Shown piece by piece: positions 1 through 9,782 of a DNA stretch of 32,000 nt. The stretch is from Vibrio algivorus (GTDB taxonomy: Bacteria > Pseudomonadota > Gammaproteobacteria > Enterobacterales > Vibrionaceae): the NCBI GenBank assembly GCA_002218005.2, contig AP018679.1, one strand, 5' to 3'. Position numbers and translations under genes: made by a program. The stretch's first letter is position 1. Each line of letters begins with the position of its first letter. The notes under the pieces are model-generated. The model saw only the letters and a program-made list of their open reading frames with translations. It had not been told where the DNA came from and did no database searches.

Positions 1-232
1 ATACTGTTGTTTTACCACAGCCAGAAGGACCTAAAATAGTTAAGAACTCACCATGATTAACATTAAGATCTAGGTTTTCAATGATGGACTTGCCATCAAA
101 ACTTTTGCTGATACCAGTTAGTTGGATAACGGTAGAAGTTTGAATAGATTCAACGTTCAATTTCTGTATTTCTCCCAAGTAAAGAACAGCGCTGTTAGAC
201 ACAAAAATTTGAGGGCGAATCATAGTCGCCAT
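1..232 (-). CDS. potA: ABC transporter ATP-binding subunit, N-terminal fragment (PotA-like spermidine/putrescine importer ATPase); the rest of the gene lies beyond the window start
   Basis: Minus-strand translation from ATG 232 (alternative ATG 223) reads [77 protein letters not shown]. The Walker A GPSGCGKT sits in a context typical of PotA. The gene is truncated by the window edge, so it is absent from the ORF track. The start codon is uncertain. Confidence 0.7.
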   Translation of the reverse strand, partial: MATMIRPQIFVSNSAVLYLGEIQKLNVESIQTSTVIQLTGISKSFDGKSIIENLDLNVNHGEFLTILGPSGCGKTTV

Positions 233-456
233 TAAGTGTAATTCATAGCATTTTTTGCCATGAAGTGAGTAATTATCCTCTATTCAGATCTGATATATAC
301 CCAACTAACTTCAAGATGCGAGTTTCAGCAAGATTAAAACAATCGTTTATTAATCTACGCTTTTACAAAATGAAATAGACACAAACTCGCATATTGGGGT
401 GTCTTGAGTATAATGAGCCACAATTATGCTAGTTAGAGATCCTGGATCCCCGTTTT

Positions 457-1269
457 ATGAATGATAAAGTAGAAAAAGAGTTTAATGTCGGTGGTAATAT
501 AGATACCGCACTATCAGGACAATACGAACTAAAAGCAGCCAACATCATTAAAGAAGCCTGGCAACTTACAACAAAAAACTTCTTGTCATTTTCACCGACA
601 ATTGTTGTTTTAATTATCTTACAAATAGCGATCTTTATGATTGCTTTAAAGTTGCAACTAGGGGATACCAGCATCCTCTTTACTTTACTTGATGGTAGTG
701 CAGATTCCACTCAAATTGAAAGTATCATTCAATCTGTCATCGTAGCCAATTTTAGCTACGAAATTATCAGTGCGCCATTGTATGCTGGTGTTTGTTTAAT
801 GGCGATGAGCCACGCCACTGGTTTTAAAACCAAAACCAACCATATTTTTAAAGGGTTACACTTTACTATCCCTGTGATGCTAGTCACTCTGATGGGGTTA
901 ATACTTCAAGGGTTAGCTGGGGCAATCTTACCTTTCCTATCTTTATATATTTCAATGGCTTTTAGTAACTCTGTTTTTCTCGTGTGTGAAAAAAGAATGA
1001 CACCTATGCGGTCGTTATTACTGTCTTTCCGTGCGGTTAATAAGAAGCTTCTAACCGTCGCGGCCGTTTATGCATTGATTCTCGTAATGTTTTTTGCAGC
1101 GGCTCTTTTCTATGGGATAGGCTTTATTCTTGTATTGCCATTTTTCTTCCATGTTAAAGGCATTATCTACCGCGATATGTTTGGAATTAGAATGAAAGTA
1201 ATCAACTCAGGTGGTAACGGGACGCCTCCTAATAACAATAATAAACAATCACAGGTATTTGACGCATGA
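457..1269 (+). CDS. polytopic inner-membrane protein, function unknown
   Basis: 270-aa ORF with several long hydrophobic segments. Its stop overlaps the next start (ATGA at 1266-1269), suggesting an operon with the two downstream genes. Confidence 0.65.
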   Translation: MNDKVEKEFNVGGNIDTALSGQYELKAANIIKEAWQLTTKNFLSFSPTIVVLIILQIAIFMIALKLQLGDTSILFTLLDGSADSTQIESIIQSVIVANFSYEIISAPLYAGVCLMAMSHATGFKTKTNHIFKGLHFTIPVMLVTLMGLILQGLAGAILPFLSLYISMAFSNSVFLVCEKRMTPMRSLLLSFRAVNKKLLTVAAVYALILVMFFAAALFYGIGFILVLPFFFHVKGIIYRDMFGIRMKVINSGGNGTPPNNNNKQSQVFDA

Positions 1270-2051
1270 AGAAAAAAATCATTATGACCTTAGCGATTCT
1301 TTCGTTTTGGGCCGTTTACTATTTTCAAAACCACTACAATCAGCAACCTGATACAAGCAAGGAACAAACAACTGAGAGCGTACCTAAAGCGCCAGTGCCG
1401 GTTGACGATGTCCAACTAAAAAAACAAAAATTCTTTGATGCGCTTCGCCCTGGGGTTATAAAAGAAAATGATCGTGTTGTGAAAGAGCGTCATGACCTAT
1501 TGGATATTAAAAAACAGTTTGAAGATGGTGATCTAACATCTGTGCCATCAAAGGCAAAGAAACTTGCTGAAGATTATGAATTAGATATTCCTGAAACAGG
1601 GATTAATGAAGCATGGTTAGATACGATGTTAAATCGCGTTAATGTTTTGCCTCAGGCTCTTGTGCTAACTCAAGCGGCGAATGAATCAGCATGGGGAACG
1701 TCACGTTTCGCGCAAGAAGGAAATAACTTTTTTGGACAATGGTGCTATGTGGATGGTTGTGGTTTAGTACCTTTGCACCGTGTAGAAGGAGCAACTCATG
1801 AAGTGGCGAAATTCGACTCTCCGCAAGAATCTATTCATGCATATTTTATGAATGTGAACCGTAATAATGCTTATAAAGAACTTCGTGATATCAGAGCGAA
1901 ATTATCCGGCAATGAGCAAGATTTAAAATCTGAAGCAACGGCACTAGAGTTAACAAACGGCTTGCTTAGTTACTCAGAGCGTGGACAAGATTACGTCGAT
2001 GATCTTCAATCGATGATTAAGCATAACTCTGAGTTTTGGACGGATAAATAA
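1266..2051 (+). CDS. bax: Bax-like protein with a FlgJ-type N-acetylglucosaminidase domain
   Basis: N-terminal membrane anchor or signal sequence. The segment LTQAANESAWGTSRFAQEGNNFFGQWCY matches the catalytic region of the glucosaminidase (Bax/FlgJ C-terminal) family as I remember it. Confidence 0.7.
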   Translation: MKKKIIMTLAILSFWAVYYFQNHYNQQPDTSKEQTTESVPKAPVPVDDVQLKKQKFFDALRPGVIKENDRVVKERHDLLDIKKQFEDGDLTSVPSKAKKLAEDYELDIPETGINEAWLDTMLNRVNVLPQALVLTQAANESAWGTSRFAQEGNNFFGQWCYVDGCGLVPLHRVEGATHEVAKFDSPQESIHAYFMNVNRNNAYKELRDIRAKLSGNEQDLKSEATALELTNGLLSYSERGQDYVDDLQSMIKHNSEFWTDK

Positions 2052-2707
2052 TGGTTAACATTCGTCGTATTGGATTGGTCGCAACGTTATGTGCTTCCGT
2101 TTTATCATTACCTGCGTATGCCCAACAGTATCGTTTTAATTACTCTAAGCTCTATACACAGATGAAGAACAATCTTGAAGAAGGTCATCCCGATGTAAAA
2201 GTCGCGTTCTTTTTTCAAGAGCATAAAACTTCACGTTTATGTAAAATTGATAAAGCTTGGATGGAAAAAGATAAACATTACGAAGAATTTGTTATTCCAC
2301 CATCTCAAGAACTTATTGTGCCACTTGATGACAATTTGAGACAGGTTGGCCCTTTAGTCTATGTGAATGCAGAGCAAGGCAAAACCTGTGACTTCTCTAT
2401 GGTTGTGATGACTAAACAGCCGCTTTCCGGTGAAGTTTCTTATCAAGATATTGAGCAATTATTGCCACAAATGAGCAAGATGCTTGATGATTTAGGTGGG
2501 ATGTTTTCAAGTTGGTTTGCACCTAAAGTAATAGGTCTCACATTCGAGTTTGATGGAGTAAAGCAAAGCGCTATCCAAACCTCTAAAGGCAATACGTTCT
2601 CAATAGATAACGGAAAAGCTAAAGTGAACTTAGCTGACCTTTCTAAAAATGAATCCTTATTACTCCCACAAACCACTTTTAGGGTATTGCCTTTACTCGA
2701 AAAGTAA
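2051..2707 (+). CDS. exported protein of unknown function (signal peptide ...LSLPAYA/QQ)
   Basis: 218-aa ORF. Its start overlaps the stop of the upstream gene (TAATG), it has a clear Sec signal peptide, and it is followed by a strong terminator. Confidence 0.6.
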   Translation: MVNIRRIGLVATLCASVLSLPAYAQQYRFNYSKLYTQMKNNLEEGHPDVKVAFFFQEHKTSRLCKIDKAWMEKDKHYEEFVIPPSQELIVPLDDNLRQVGPLVYVNAEQGKTCDFSMVVMTKQPLSGEVSYQDIEQLLPQMSKMLDDLGGMFSSWFAPKVIGLTFEFDGVKQSAIQTSKGNTFSIDNGKAKVNLADLSKNESLLLPQTTFRVLPLLEK

Positions 2708-2744
2708 TCAATCTCAGATTAATCAGTGAAGTAGTTTGTAAGAT

Positions 2745-2787
2745 AAAAAAGAGCCGAACAATATCAAAAATTGTTCGGCTCTTTTTA
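2745..2787. terminator. bidirectional rho-independent terminator between convergent genes
   Basis: Perfect 12-bp stem AGAGCCGAACAA (2750-2761) / TTGTTCGGCTCT (2771-2782), with an A-run on the left and a T-run on the right. Confidence 0.75.
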
Positions 2788-2810
2788 TTTTAGTAGTACA
2801 GGATTTGGTA

Positions 2811-3764
2811 TTAAATATTCGTTATATCAAGCTGTAAGCTAGGATCAAACTCAATGGCATCTTCTGATGGTACTGAGTTTTCAGGTAATGTTTCTTTATC
2901 AAAACCAATATCACCGCCATTAATTACGCCGGAATCTCGGTCAATAGATTTAAAATCAAATAAATTATAATCGGCTAAGTGGCTAGGGACTACATTTTGC
3001 ACTGCTTTAAACATTGTCTCAATACGTCCAGGGAAACGCTTATCCCATTCGTTAAGCATTTGTTTAATGTTTTGTCGCTGTAGGTTAGGTTGTGAGCCAC
3101 ATAAATTACAAGGAATAATAGGATAATCACGCATCGCAGAAAACTTAATGATGTCTTTTTCACGGCAATAAGCGAGAGGGCGGATCACTACATGTTCACC
3201 ATTATCCGACACTAATTTAGGCGGCATTGCTTTCATTTTCCCGCCATGGAACATATTTAAAAATAGCGTTTCTAAGATATCGTCGCGGTGATGACCAAGT
3301 GCAATTTTGGTTGCTCCGATCTCATTAGCTGTACGGTATAAGATACCACGACGTAAACGAGAACAAAGAGAACAAGTCGTTTTACCTTCAGGGATCTTAT
3401 CTTGAACGATAGAATAAGTATCTTCTTCAACGATTTTATATTCGATACCTAGAGATTCAAGGTAAGCAGGTAAAATATGATCAGGAAAACCTGGTTGCTT
3501 TTGGTCTAGGTTAACCGCTACAAGCTCAAAATTGACAGGCGCACTTTTTTGTAAGCTCATTAGGATCTCTAGCATAGTAAAGCTGTCTTTACCGCCAGAG
3601 AGACACACCATGATACGGTCGCCATCTTCAATCATATTAAAGTCAGCAATAGCTTGACCTGTATTACGACGAATACGCTTCTGTAACTTATTGAAATTAT
3701 ACTGCTCAGCTTTATTTCTTGCTGTTTGCTCAAGTTCTTCAACAGTATTTTGATCTGAATTCAT
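2811..3764 (-). CDS. ttcA: tRNA 2-thiocytidine(32) synthetase TtcA
   Basis: PP-loop motif SGGKDS, plus [10 protein letters not shown] and CNLCGSQ cysteine motifs. Length of 317 aa is typical. Confidence 0.92.
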   Translation of the reverse strand: MNSDQNTVEELEQTARNKAEQYNFNKLQKRIRRNTGQAIADFNMIEDGDRIMVCLSGGKDSFTMLEILMSLQKSAPVNFELVAVNLDQKQPGFPDHILPAYLESLGIEYKIVEEDTYSIVQDKIPEGKTTCSLCSRLRRGILYRTANEIGATKIALGHHRDDILETLFLNMFHGGKMKAMPPKLVSDNGEHVVIRPLAYCREKDIIKFSAMRDYPIIPCNLCGSQPNLQRQNIKQMLNEWDKRFPGRIETMFKAVQNVVPSHLADYNLFDFKSIDRDSGVINGGDIGFDKETLPENSVPSEDAIEFDPSLQLDITNI

Positions 3765-3873
3765 GGTGATTTGCCTTTACTGATCTCAAGAGATGCTTGA
3801 TGGTGCTGCCAAGTGCCTATATTAAAGCTCATAGACACTGCATAAATAAAGGCCGTATCATACCCACAAATGA

Positions 3874-3903
3874 CAAAAGAGCAACACTCGAAAGGGTTGC
3901 TCT
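3874..3903 (-). terminator. rho-independent terminator downstream of uspE
   Basis: 8-bp stem AGAGCAAC (3878-3885) / GTTGCTCT (3896-3903). It is followed on the minus strand by TTTTGTCATTT. Confidence 0.5.
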
Positions 3904-3942
3904 AGCCGTTTGGTATCCAATTTAATGGCTTACAATTAACAT

Positions 3943-4881
3943 TTAATTGGGATCGAGTGGACTAATAAAGCCTTCTGGTTTCAATGCCAAAACATCACAA
4001 TTTATCTTATCAATAACGTTCTCTGCTGTATTACCAATAAATACAGCAGATAGACCTGTTCTACCTGTTGTCCCTAAAATAACTAAGCCAACATCAAGCT
4101 CTTTGGTTGCTTTTGGAATAACATCCTCTGGTAAACCTTCATTGACTCTCGTATGCTCTTCATCAATACCATACTTTTGACGTAACGCTTTCATTGCCGT
4201 TAAGTGAAAACCACGAACAGCGTCAGTATAAGAGGTCGGATCAAACTCCGGCAGTTCTACCGTAATATTCGCAGGTGTAACAGGGTAGGAGTTAACAAGA
4301 AATAGCTCGGCATTCAGTTGTTTAGCAAATTTCAATCCTTGGTCTACCATACTTTCATTAAGAGCGGTATGGGTGGTATTTTCTGAACCAACATGAACAG
4401 ATGCAATGATATTACCATTGATAGGCCAATCATGATTTTTAACAAGTAGCACTGGGCATGGGCACTTACGTAATAAATGCCAATCTGTAGGAGTAAAGAA
4501 TACCGACTCAAGAGCATCATGCTGACGAGTGGCTTTTAAGACAATATCATGGCCACCAGAAAACACTTCACCAATAATGGCTTCATATGGGCGATGGTGC
4601 CAAACAACTTTAATATTAAGTTCAACGTCATCTTTCAAATAAGGTTGGGCTACTTCTTTCATCCATTCTTCACGTTGCTGAATAACGCCACGTCTCATTG
4701 CATCCCGCTCTTCAGAAGATAGCATGGATGTCATATCGTATGAAAAATCATAAATAGATAGAAAAAAAGTGATTGGAGCAGGATTGGGCAGGTCTCGTAC
4801 AATTTGAAATGCACGCGCTAATGCTGATTGTTCAACATTATTAACATCAGCTACCACCAAAATGTTTTTGTATGAATTCAT
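3943..4881 (-). CDS. uspE: universal stress protein E (tandem Usp domains)
   Basis: 312 aa with two Usp-like halves (N-terminal ILVVAD..., C-terminal GLVILGTTGRTGLSAVFIGNTAE). It lies next to fnr, as in E. coli. Confidence 0.88.
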   Translation of the reverse strand: MNSYKNILVVADVNNVEQSALARAFQIVRDLPNPAPITFFLSIYDFSYDMTSMLSSEERDAMRRGVIQQREEWMKEVAQPYLKDDVELNIKVVWHHRPYEAIIGEVFSGGHDIVLKATRQHDALESVFFTPTDWHLLRKCPCPVLLVKNHDWPINGNIIASVHVGSENTTHTALNESMVDQGLKFAKQLNAELFLVNSYPVTPANITVELPEFDPTSYTDAVRGFHLTAMKALRQKYGIDEEHTRVNEGLPEDVIPKATKELDVGLVILGTTGRTGLSAVFIGNTAENVIDKINCDVLALKPEGFISPLDPN

Positions 4882-4906
4882 AATAAGCTCTCCCTTTCTT
4901 AACTCA

Positions 4907-4928
4907 TTTGATCTTACGATAGATCAAA
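4907..4928. promoter_or_regulatory. perfect 8-6-8 palindrome in the uspE upstream region (candidate operator)
   Basis: TTTGATCT tacgat AGATCAAA, 26-47 bp upstream of the uspE ATG. The half-sites look like FNR/CRP TTGAT/ATCAA, but the spacing is 10 rather than 4. Confidence 0.3.
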
Positions 4929-5051
4929 GTATACCAAGGGTACAACATGCCTAGATTTTGATTCTTTCAGCAAAAGAAATCCGTTGGTACTAGATTAACT
5001 TTAGCTGAATTTGGAGATAATTATTAGTGACATAAGCTTGATTTTGGAAAG

Positions 5052-5085
5052 AAAAAAGCCGCTAAGTATAAAAACTTAACGGCTT
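5052..5085 (-). terminator. rho-independent terminator downstream of fnr
   Basis: Stem AAGCCGCTAAGT (5056-5067) / ACTTAACGGCTT (5074-5085) with one mismatch. It is followed on the minus strand by a T6 run (A-run 5052-5057 on plus). Confidence 0.55.
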
Positions 5086-5110
5086 AATCATTGATTAATT
5101 ATCGAATTTT

Positions 5111-5857
5111 TTATTCTTCAGCAAAACCAGCCAGTTTTTGCAGTGCGTCATGGTCGATGATAGTAATGTACTTACCTTTAACGCTCAGAATATCGCTCTT
5201 TTGGAAACGGCCAAGTAAGCGACTAATCGTTTCAACCGTTAATCCTAGGTAGTTACCAATATCTCCACGAGTCATTGTTAGACGGAATTCACGAGGCGAG
5301 AAGCCACGTTGTGAGAATCGAGTTGATAAACTATATAAGAATGCAGCTAAACGTTCTTCTGCATTCTTTTTAGACAATAACAAGATCATGTCTTGATCGC
5401 CTTTGATTTCATTACTCATTAAACGCATGATTTGCTGGCGCAATTTTGGCATTTGTCCTGAAAGTTCATCTAAAGTTTCATAGGGAATTTCACAGACCAT
5501 TGAAGTTTCTAATGCTTGGGCAAAACTTGGGTGAGCATTGTTATTAATTGCGTCAAAACCAACTAAATCACCAGCCAGATGGAACGCAGTAATTTGTTCG
5601 TCACCTTGCTCTGTGATGGTGTAACTTTTTATCGTACCAGAACGAATTGCATAGAGCGATTTTAGTTCATCACCCGCTTTAAAGATTTCTTGGCCTTTTT
5701 GAACCGGCTTTTTTCGCTCGATAATTTCATCAAGTTGATCCAATTCATTTTCATTTAATGAAAACGGAATACATAATTGGCTGATACTGCAGTCTTGACA
5801 ATGGATGGCACAGCCACCTGATTGGACTCGTTTCGTTTTTGCGTTATCTGAAATCAT
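5111..5857 (-). CDS. fnr: fumarate/nitrate reduction transcriptional regulator FNR (CRP/FNR family, 4Fe-4S sensor)
   Basis: N-terminal cysteine cluster [14 protein letters not shown], a cNMP-binding-like fold, and a C-terminal HTH ([15 protein letters not shown]). Confidence 0.95.
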   Translation of the reverse strand: MISDNAKTKRVQSGGCAIHCQDCSISQLCIPFSLNENELDQLDEIIERKKPVQKGQEIFKAGDELKSLYAIRSGTIKSYTITEQGDEQITAFHLAGDLVGFDAINNNAHPSFAQALETSMVCEIPYETLDELSGQMPKLRQQIMRLMSNEIKGDQDMILLLSKKNAEERLAAFLYSLSTRFSQRGFSPREFRLTMTRGDIGNYLGLTVETISRLLGRFQKSDILSVKGKYITIIDHDALQKLAGFAEE

Positions 5858-5877
5858 AAAATACCGAGCAGTTTTAA

Positions 5878-5891
5878 TTGATATACATCAA
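5878..5891. promoter_or_regulatory. consensus FNR box TTGAT-N4-ATCAA upstream of fnr (autoregulatory site)
   Basis: The sequence TTGATATACATCAA is an exact match to both FNR half-sites. It lies 21 bp upstream of the fnr ATG. Confidence 0.7.
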
Positions 5892-5950
5892 TATTTTATC
5901 ACTCCATACTACTAAAGGACAGCAGAAAATCATCAGACATAACAGTTATA

Positions 5951-6622
5951 TTACAGTAAGCGGATAACTCCTTGATACAACTGGAATAAGGCGTAAGCCA
6001 GTAAAGCTGCGGCGCCAAGACGTCTAAAAAGCAAAGATTGCACTAGTTGATTGAACTGAGTCGCACTCACTCCAACCGCTAACATCAATGGTAGGGTACC
6101 TAAGCCGAATGCCAGCATGATCAAAGCGCCATTTAGAGAATTCCCAGCCGCTGCCGACCAAGTTAGCATAGAATAGACTAGGCCACATGGAAGCCATCCC
6201 CAAATGAAACCAAATGGAATAGCGTAAATAGGATGCTTAATAGGAAGTAGCTTTTGACCGAATGGTGCAATATATTTCCAAAGCTTTTGACCTACTTTTT
6301 CTATCCATATCAGCCCATTCCACCATTGCCCAATATATAAAGCCAATAACAACATGAATACAGCAGATAAAAGACGTAACCAATTGAGTGGGGAGTTGAT
6401 TCCAGAGTAGGACGAAATGGTTGAAATGGAGCCACCAATTATCGCTCCAATTAAAGCATAACTAGATAAGCGACCCATGTTATAAAAAAGAGGATTTAAC
6501 CATTGTCTCTTTGTTGACACTTGCCCTAGGTTCATTAAAGAAGCGATACCACCACACATTCCCATGCAGTGGCCAGCGCCTAATAAACCGATTAAAAAAG
6601 CCGCTAACCAATCTGAACTCAT
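5951..6622 (-). CDS. DsbD_2/TauE-like polytopic membrane protein associated with the cco assembly cluster
   Basis: 223 aa and very hydrophobic, with the motif GAGHCMGMCGG near the N-terminus. Its start overlaps the ccoS stop (ATGA). Confidence 0.75.
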   Translation of the reverse strand: MSSDWLAAFLIGLLGAGHCMGMCGGIASLMNLGQVSTKRQWLNPLFYNMGRLSSYALIGAIIGGSISTISSYSGINSPLNWLRLLSAVFMLLLALYIGQWWNGLIWIEKVGQKLWKYIAPFGQKLLPIKHPIYAIPFGFIWGWLPCGLVYSMLTWSAAAGNSLNGALIMLAFGLGTLPLMLAVGVSATQFNQLVQSLLFRRLGAAALLAYALFQLYQGVIRLL

Positions 6623-6813
6623 AGGGGCTTATCTTTTTTTTCAACAGGCTCAACAACCTTATCATCAAGATCATCGTTGTCATCAAATAAAATACTATGC
6701 CCTTGACGATCGAGATCATCAAATTGATCCGTTTTTACCGCCCACATAAACAAAGCGACGGCGATACAAACAAATATGATGGCTATTGGAATTAACAAAT
6801 ATAAGCTGGCCAT
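6619..6813 (-). CDS. ccoS: cbb3-type cytochrome oxidase maturation protein CcoS/FixS
   Basis: 64 aa with a single TM helix followed by the acidic QFDDLDRQGHSILFDD tail characteristic of CcoS. It sits immediately downstream of ccoI. Confidence 0.85.
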   Translation of the reverse strand: MASLYLLIPIAIIFVCIAVALFMWAVKTDQFDDLDRQGHSILFDDNDDLDDKVVEPVEKKDKPL

Positions 6814-6826
6814 TTAAAGAACCTTA

Positions 6827-9217
6827 TTACTTCAACAATCTAAGTGAGTTGGTCACCACAATAATAGAACTTGCAGACATACCAATAACGGCAAAATAAG
6901 GAGCAATGAACCCCATGACAGCCAATGGAAGAATTAAGGCATTATAGCCTAGCGCCCAAGCTAAATTTTGTCGAATAATACTACGAGTTTGAATGGCAAG
7001 CTCTCTAGCTTCAAGTACTTTATCTAGTCTATCGCCAAGTAGAACCATATCTGCAGATGATTTTGCCACATCTGAGCCACTACCCATAGCAACCGAAAGG
7101 TGAGCTCCCGCTAGAGTTGGTGCATCATTAATTCCATCACCGATCATTAATGTGACGTCTTTTTTATTAAGAGACTGTAGATAAGCTAACTTATCCTCAG
7201 GTTTTGCTGAACATTGATATTGAGTAATCCCCAAAGCTAAAGCAACTTTTTGAGTATTTAACTTTGAATCTCCTGTCAGTAGGGTGATGTCAATATTGGC
7301 TTCTTGTAATTGCTCAACAAAACTGAGGCTTTCTTTACGTATAGGGTCGGTATACTCAAAACGTGCAATCAAACGGTGATTACAAGATAAATAAACTGAA
7401 GACGCTTGTGATTGCTCTAATTCTTTTCCGTCAGTATTTAAGGCAAAGGGTAAAGTTCCAATATGCCAATTATCATTTAAATACTGTCCAGAGACACCAG
7501 AGCCTATAACATTAGAAACATTTTCTATTATGACTTTTCCTGATGAATATTTCTGGAATGCTTTTGAGATTGGGTGGTTAGCATGTTGCTCTAACGCTGC
7601 TGCAATCGCTAATACTTGAGAGTTCGTAAACTGACTATCTAAAAGCTCTGTATCACTAATCTCAATATTACCTTCTGTCAGAGTGCCTGTTTTATCCAAT
7701 ACAATATGCTTCACTTGGCATAAGGTTTCAAAGACATGGCCTTTACGTAATAAAATACCTAGGCTTCCCAGTTTCGAAGTTGAGCAAGTCACTGCGGTAG
7801 GAGTGGCAAGAGATAAGGCACACGGACAAGTTGCTACGAGGACAGACAGCATGATCCAAAATGCTTCGTCTGGTCGATGCTGATGCCAATACAACCAAGT
7901 GGCTCCAGCGATTACAAGAATGACCGCAACAAAATACTTAGCAACGTGATCGGCAATTTCTGCGATTTTAGGTTTTGATAGCTGGGCTTCATCTTGCAAC
8001 CTAACAATATTTGAAATGACAGAATCGGCCTTGTGGCAAGTGACTTCCAATTCAAAGGATTCACCAACATTCATCGTACCTGCATAAACAAAATCATGGT
8101 GCTGCTTTAACACGGGTATCGATTCTCCAGTTAGCATCGATTCATCAACTTGTGTAGCACCAACGACAATCTGTCCATCGGCAGGAATATGCTCTCCGGG
8201 TAACACTCGAATCACATCGCCAATGGCTAAACTTCGGACCGGGATCTGGCTGCCATCTAACTTCCTTGCCATCGCTGGTACTAATTTCAATAAATTTGCG
8301 CTGGCGGTTGCCGCTTTACGGCGTGCTCGCATCTCTAAAAAACGACCAACTAATAAAAAGAAAGTGAACATGGAAATGGATTCGAAAAACACTTCACCTT
8401 TGCCTGCCAAGGTAGCCCATAAACTTGAGACATAAGCAAAAATAAGTGCAATAGATACAGGTACATCCATACCTAGTGTCTTGGCCTTTAAACTTCGCCA
8501 AGCGTTGATGTAAAAAGGTTGAGCTGAATAGAGTAGTACTGGTGTTGCGAAGATCAAACTGACAACTCTTAAAAACTGTTTAAACTCACTATCAAGATCT
8601 GAGAACACTTCAAAATAAAGTGCGATAGCAAGCATCATGACTTGCATTGTTGCTAAGCCGGCAACACCTAAACGATAAAGATATTGCTTCATCATTTGAT
8701 GATAGCTTTCTTCATGTTGATTAGGCTCAAATGGTGCGGCTTTATATCCTAATTGATGGATGTTTTTTAATAACTCACTTAAGTGAATTTTAGAGTCATC
8801 CCAACGTAATATTGCCCGATTGGTAGTGATGTTAACTCGAATTAAAATAACACCGGAGTAGGCCATTAACTGCTTTTCAATAAGCCACGCACAAGCAGCA
8901 CAAGAAACACCATCGAGTGACAATGTAACTTCGGATGTATCTTCAGTCTGTCGAACAAACTCTTTCTGCACGTCTTCATTATCATAATGGATGAGCTTTT
9001 GTAGCTGCTCAGGGACAAGGTCTACTTTTTCAGCAGGAGTCGTACGATATTGATAATAAGAAACTAAACCACTCTCTACGATAGTCTGTGCAACAGATTG
9101 ACAGCCTGGGCAACACATAGGGCGAAGCTGCCCCAGGATTTCAACGTTAAAGTTGGTATTAGTAGGTACATCATCATTACAGTGATAACACACTTGATGC
9201 GTTGAACAAGCAGACAT
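6827..9217 (-). CDS. ccoI: copper-translocating P1B-type ATPase CcoI/FixI
   Basis: N-terminal Cys-rich region and an HMA-like domain, plus the TGES, CPC (ATCPCAL), DKTGTLT and GDGINDAP motifs. Confidence 0.92.
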   Translation of the reverse strand: MSACSTHQVCYHCNDDVPTNTNFNVEILGQLRPMCCPGCQSVAQTIVESGLVSYYQYRTTPAEKVDLVPEQLQKLIHYDNEDVQKEFVRQTEDTSEVTLSLDGVSCAACAWLIEKQLMAYSGVILIRVNITTNRAILRWDDSKIHLSELLKNIHQLGYKAAPFEPNQHEESYHQMMKQYLYRLGVAGLATMQVMMLAIALYFEVFSDLDSEFKQFLRVVSLIFATPVLLYSAQPFYINAWRSLKAKTLGMDVPVSIALIFAYVSSLWATLAGKGEVFFESISMFTFFLLVGRFLEMRARRKAATASANLLKLVPAMARKLDGSQIPVRSLAIGDVIRVLPGEHIPADGQIVVGATQVDESMLTGESIPVLKQHHDFVYAGTMNVGESFELEVTCHKADSVISNIVRLQDEAQLSKPKIAEIADHVAKYFVAVILVIAGATWLYWHQHRPDEAFWIMLSVLVATCPCALSLATPTAVTCSTSKLGSLGILLRKGHVFETLCQVKHIVLDKTGTLTEGNIEISDTELLDSQFTNSQVLAIAAALEQHANHPISKAFQKYSSGKVIIENVSNVIGSGVSGQYLNDNWHIGTLPFALNTDGKELEQSQASSVYLSCNHRLIARFEYTDPIRKESLSFVEQLQEANIDITLLTGDSKLNTQKVALALGITQYQCSAKPEDKLAYLQSLNKKDVTLMIGDGINDAPTLAGAHLSVAMGSGSDVAKSSADMVLLGDRLDKVLEARELAIQTRSIIRQNLAWALGYNALILPLAVMGFIAPYFAVIGMSASSIIVVTNSLRLLK

Positions 9218-9226
9218 TTTTACGCC

Positions 9227-9706
9227 TTAATCAAGTAAAACAGTTGGTGTTTTGCTAGGAAATGCGACTTTTCCTTGGATAATCCATTCTTGGTTATGTG
9301 GCTCTAGTTTAATGAACCAAGGGCCTTCTAACGGTGTATCTAAACTAAGTCGATAATTACCATTAGCATCAGAACTAAGAGTTCGTTCGAAATCACGATC
9401 AGGGAGGGTTCGATGAGTAAATGAAACCTTTAAAGCTGGGTAAAGCTCGAGCTTTCCTTTATCTAACTTGAAGCTCACACCTCTAGGGGTTGAAATGACA
9501 CTAGCATTAAGTTTGAAACCTTTTGCGACATGTATTCTAGTCAGATCGACATTAATTCCTTTTCCTTCTTTATAATAATTTTCAGAAACCAAATCGACGC
9601 TATTTTTCGTGAATAGGCCAAGGGTAACGAAACTACCTGTGACAGCACACATAGGAAGGAAAATTAAAAACCAAGGCCAGAATTGTTTGTACCAGGGCTG
9701 TTGCAT
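9227..9706 (-). CDS. ccoH: FixH/CcoH family cbb3 oxidase assembly protein
   Basis: N-terminus MQQPWYKQFWPWFLI followed by a TM helix, typical of FixH. It is positioned between ccoP and ccoI. Confidence 0.8.
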   Translation of the reverse strand: MQQPWYKQFWPWFLIFLPMCAVTGSFVTLGLFTKNSVDLVSENYYKEGKGINVDLTRIHVAKGFKLNASVISTPRGVSFKLDKGKLELYPALKVSFTHRTLPDRDFERTLSSDANGNYRLSLDTPLEGPWFIKLEPHNQEWIIQGKVAFPSKTPTVLLD

Positions 9707-9740
9707 AGGGTTCTCACAAATAAAACGAAATAGATATAAG

Positions 9741-9767
9741 AAAAAACAGCCCCAAAATGGGGCTGTT
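9741..9767 (-). terminator. rho-independent terminator after ccoP
   Basis: 9-bp stem AACAGCCCC (9745-9753) / GGGGCTGTT (9759-9767). It is followed on the minus strand by a T-run (9741-9746 on plus). Confidence 0.65.
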
Positions 9768-9782
9768 AAACCACTTAATGTA

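Noticed and set aside
390-420. Putative sigma70 promoter (TATAAT at about 408-413) upstream of the 457..1269 gene
   Set aside because: There is a good -10 hexamer, but no acceptable -35 at 16-18 bp and the extended -10 spacing is wrong. Support is too weak to list as a feature.
429-710. Antisense or overlapping ORFs within host genes: 429..710, 2443..2676, 3947..4180, 6480..6722, 6564..6749, 7683..7883, 8223..8435, 9609..9800, 12209..12478, 30934..31152
   Set aside because: Each lies inside or antisense to a gene with strong motif support. None has a recognisable motif or an SD.
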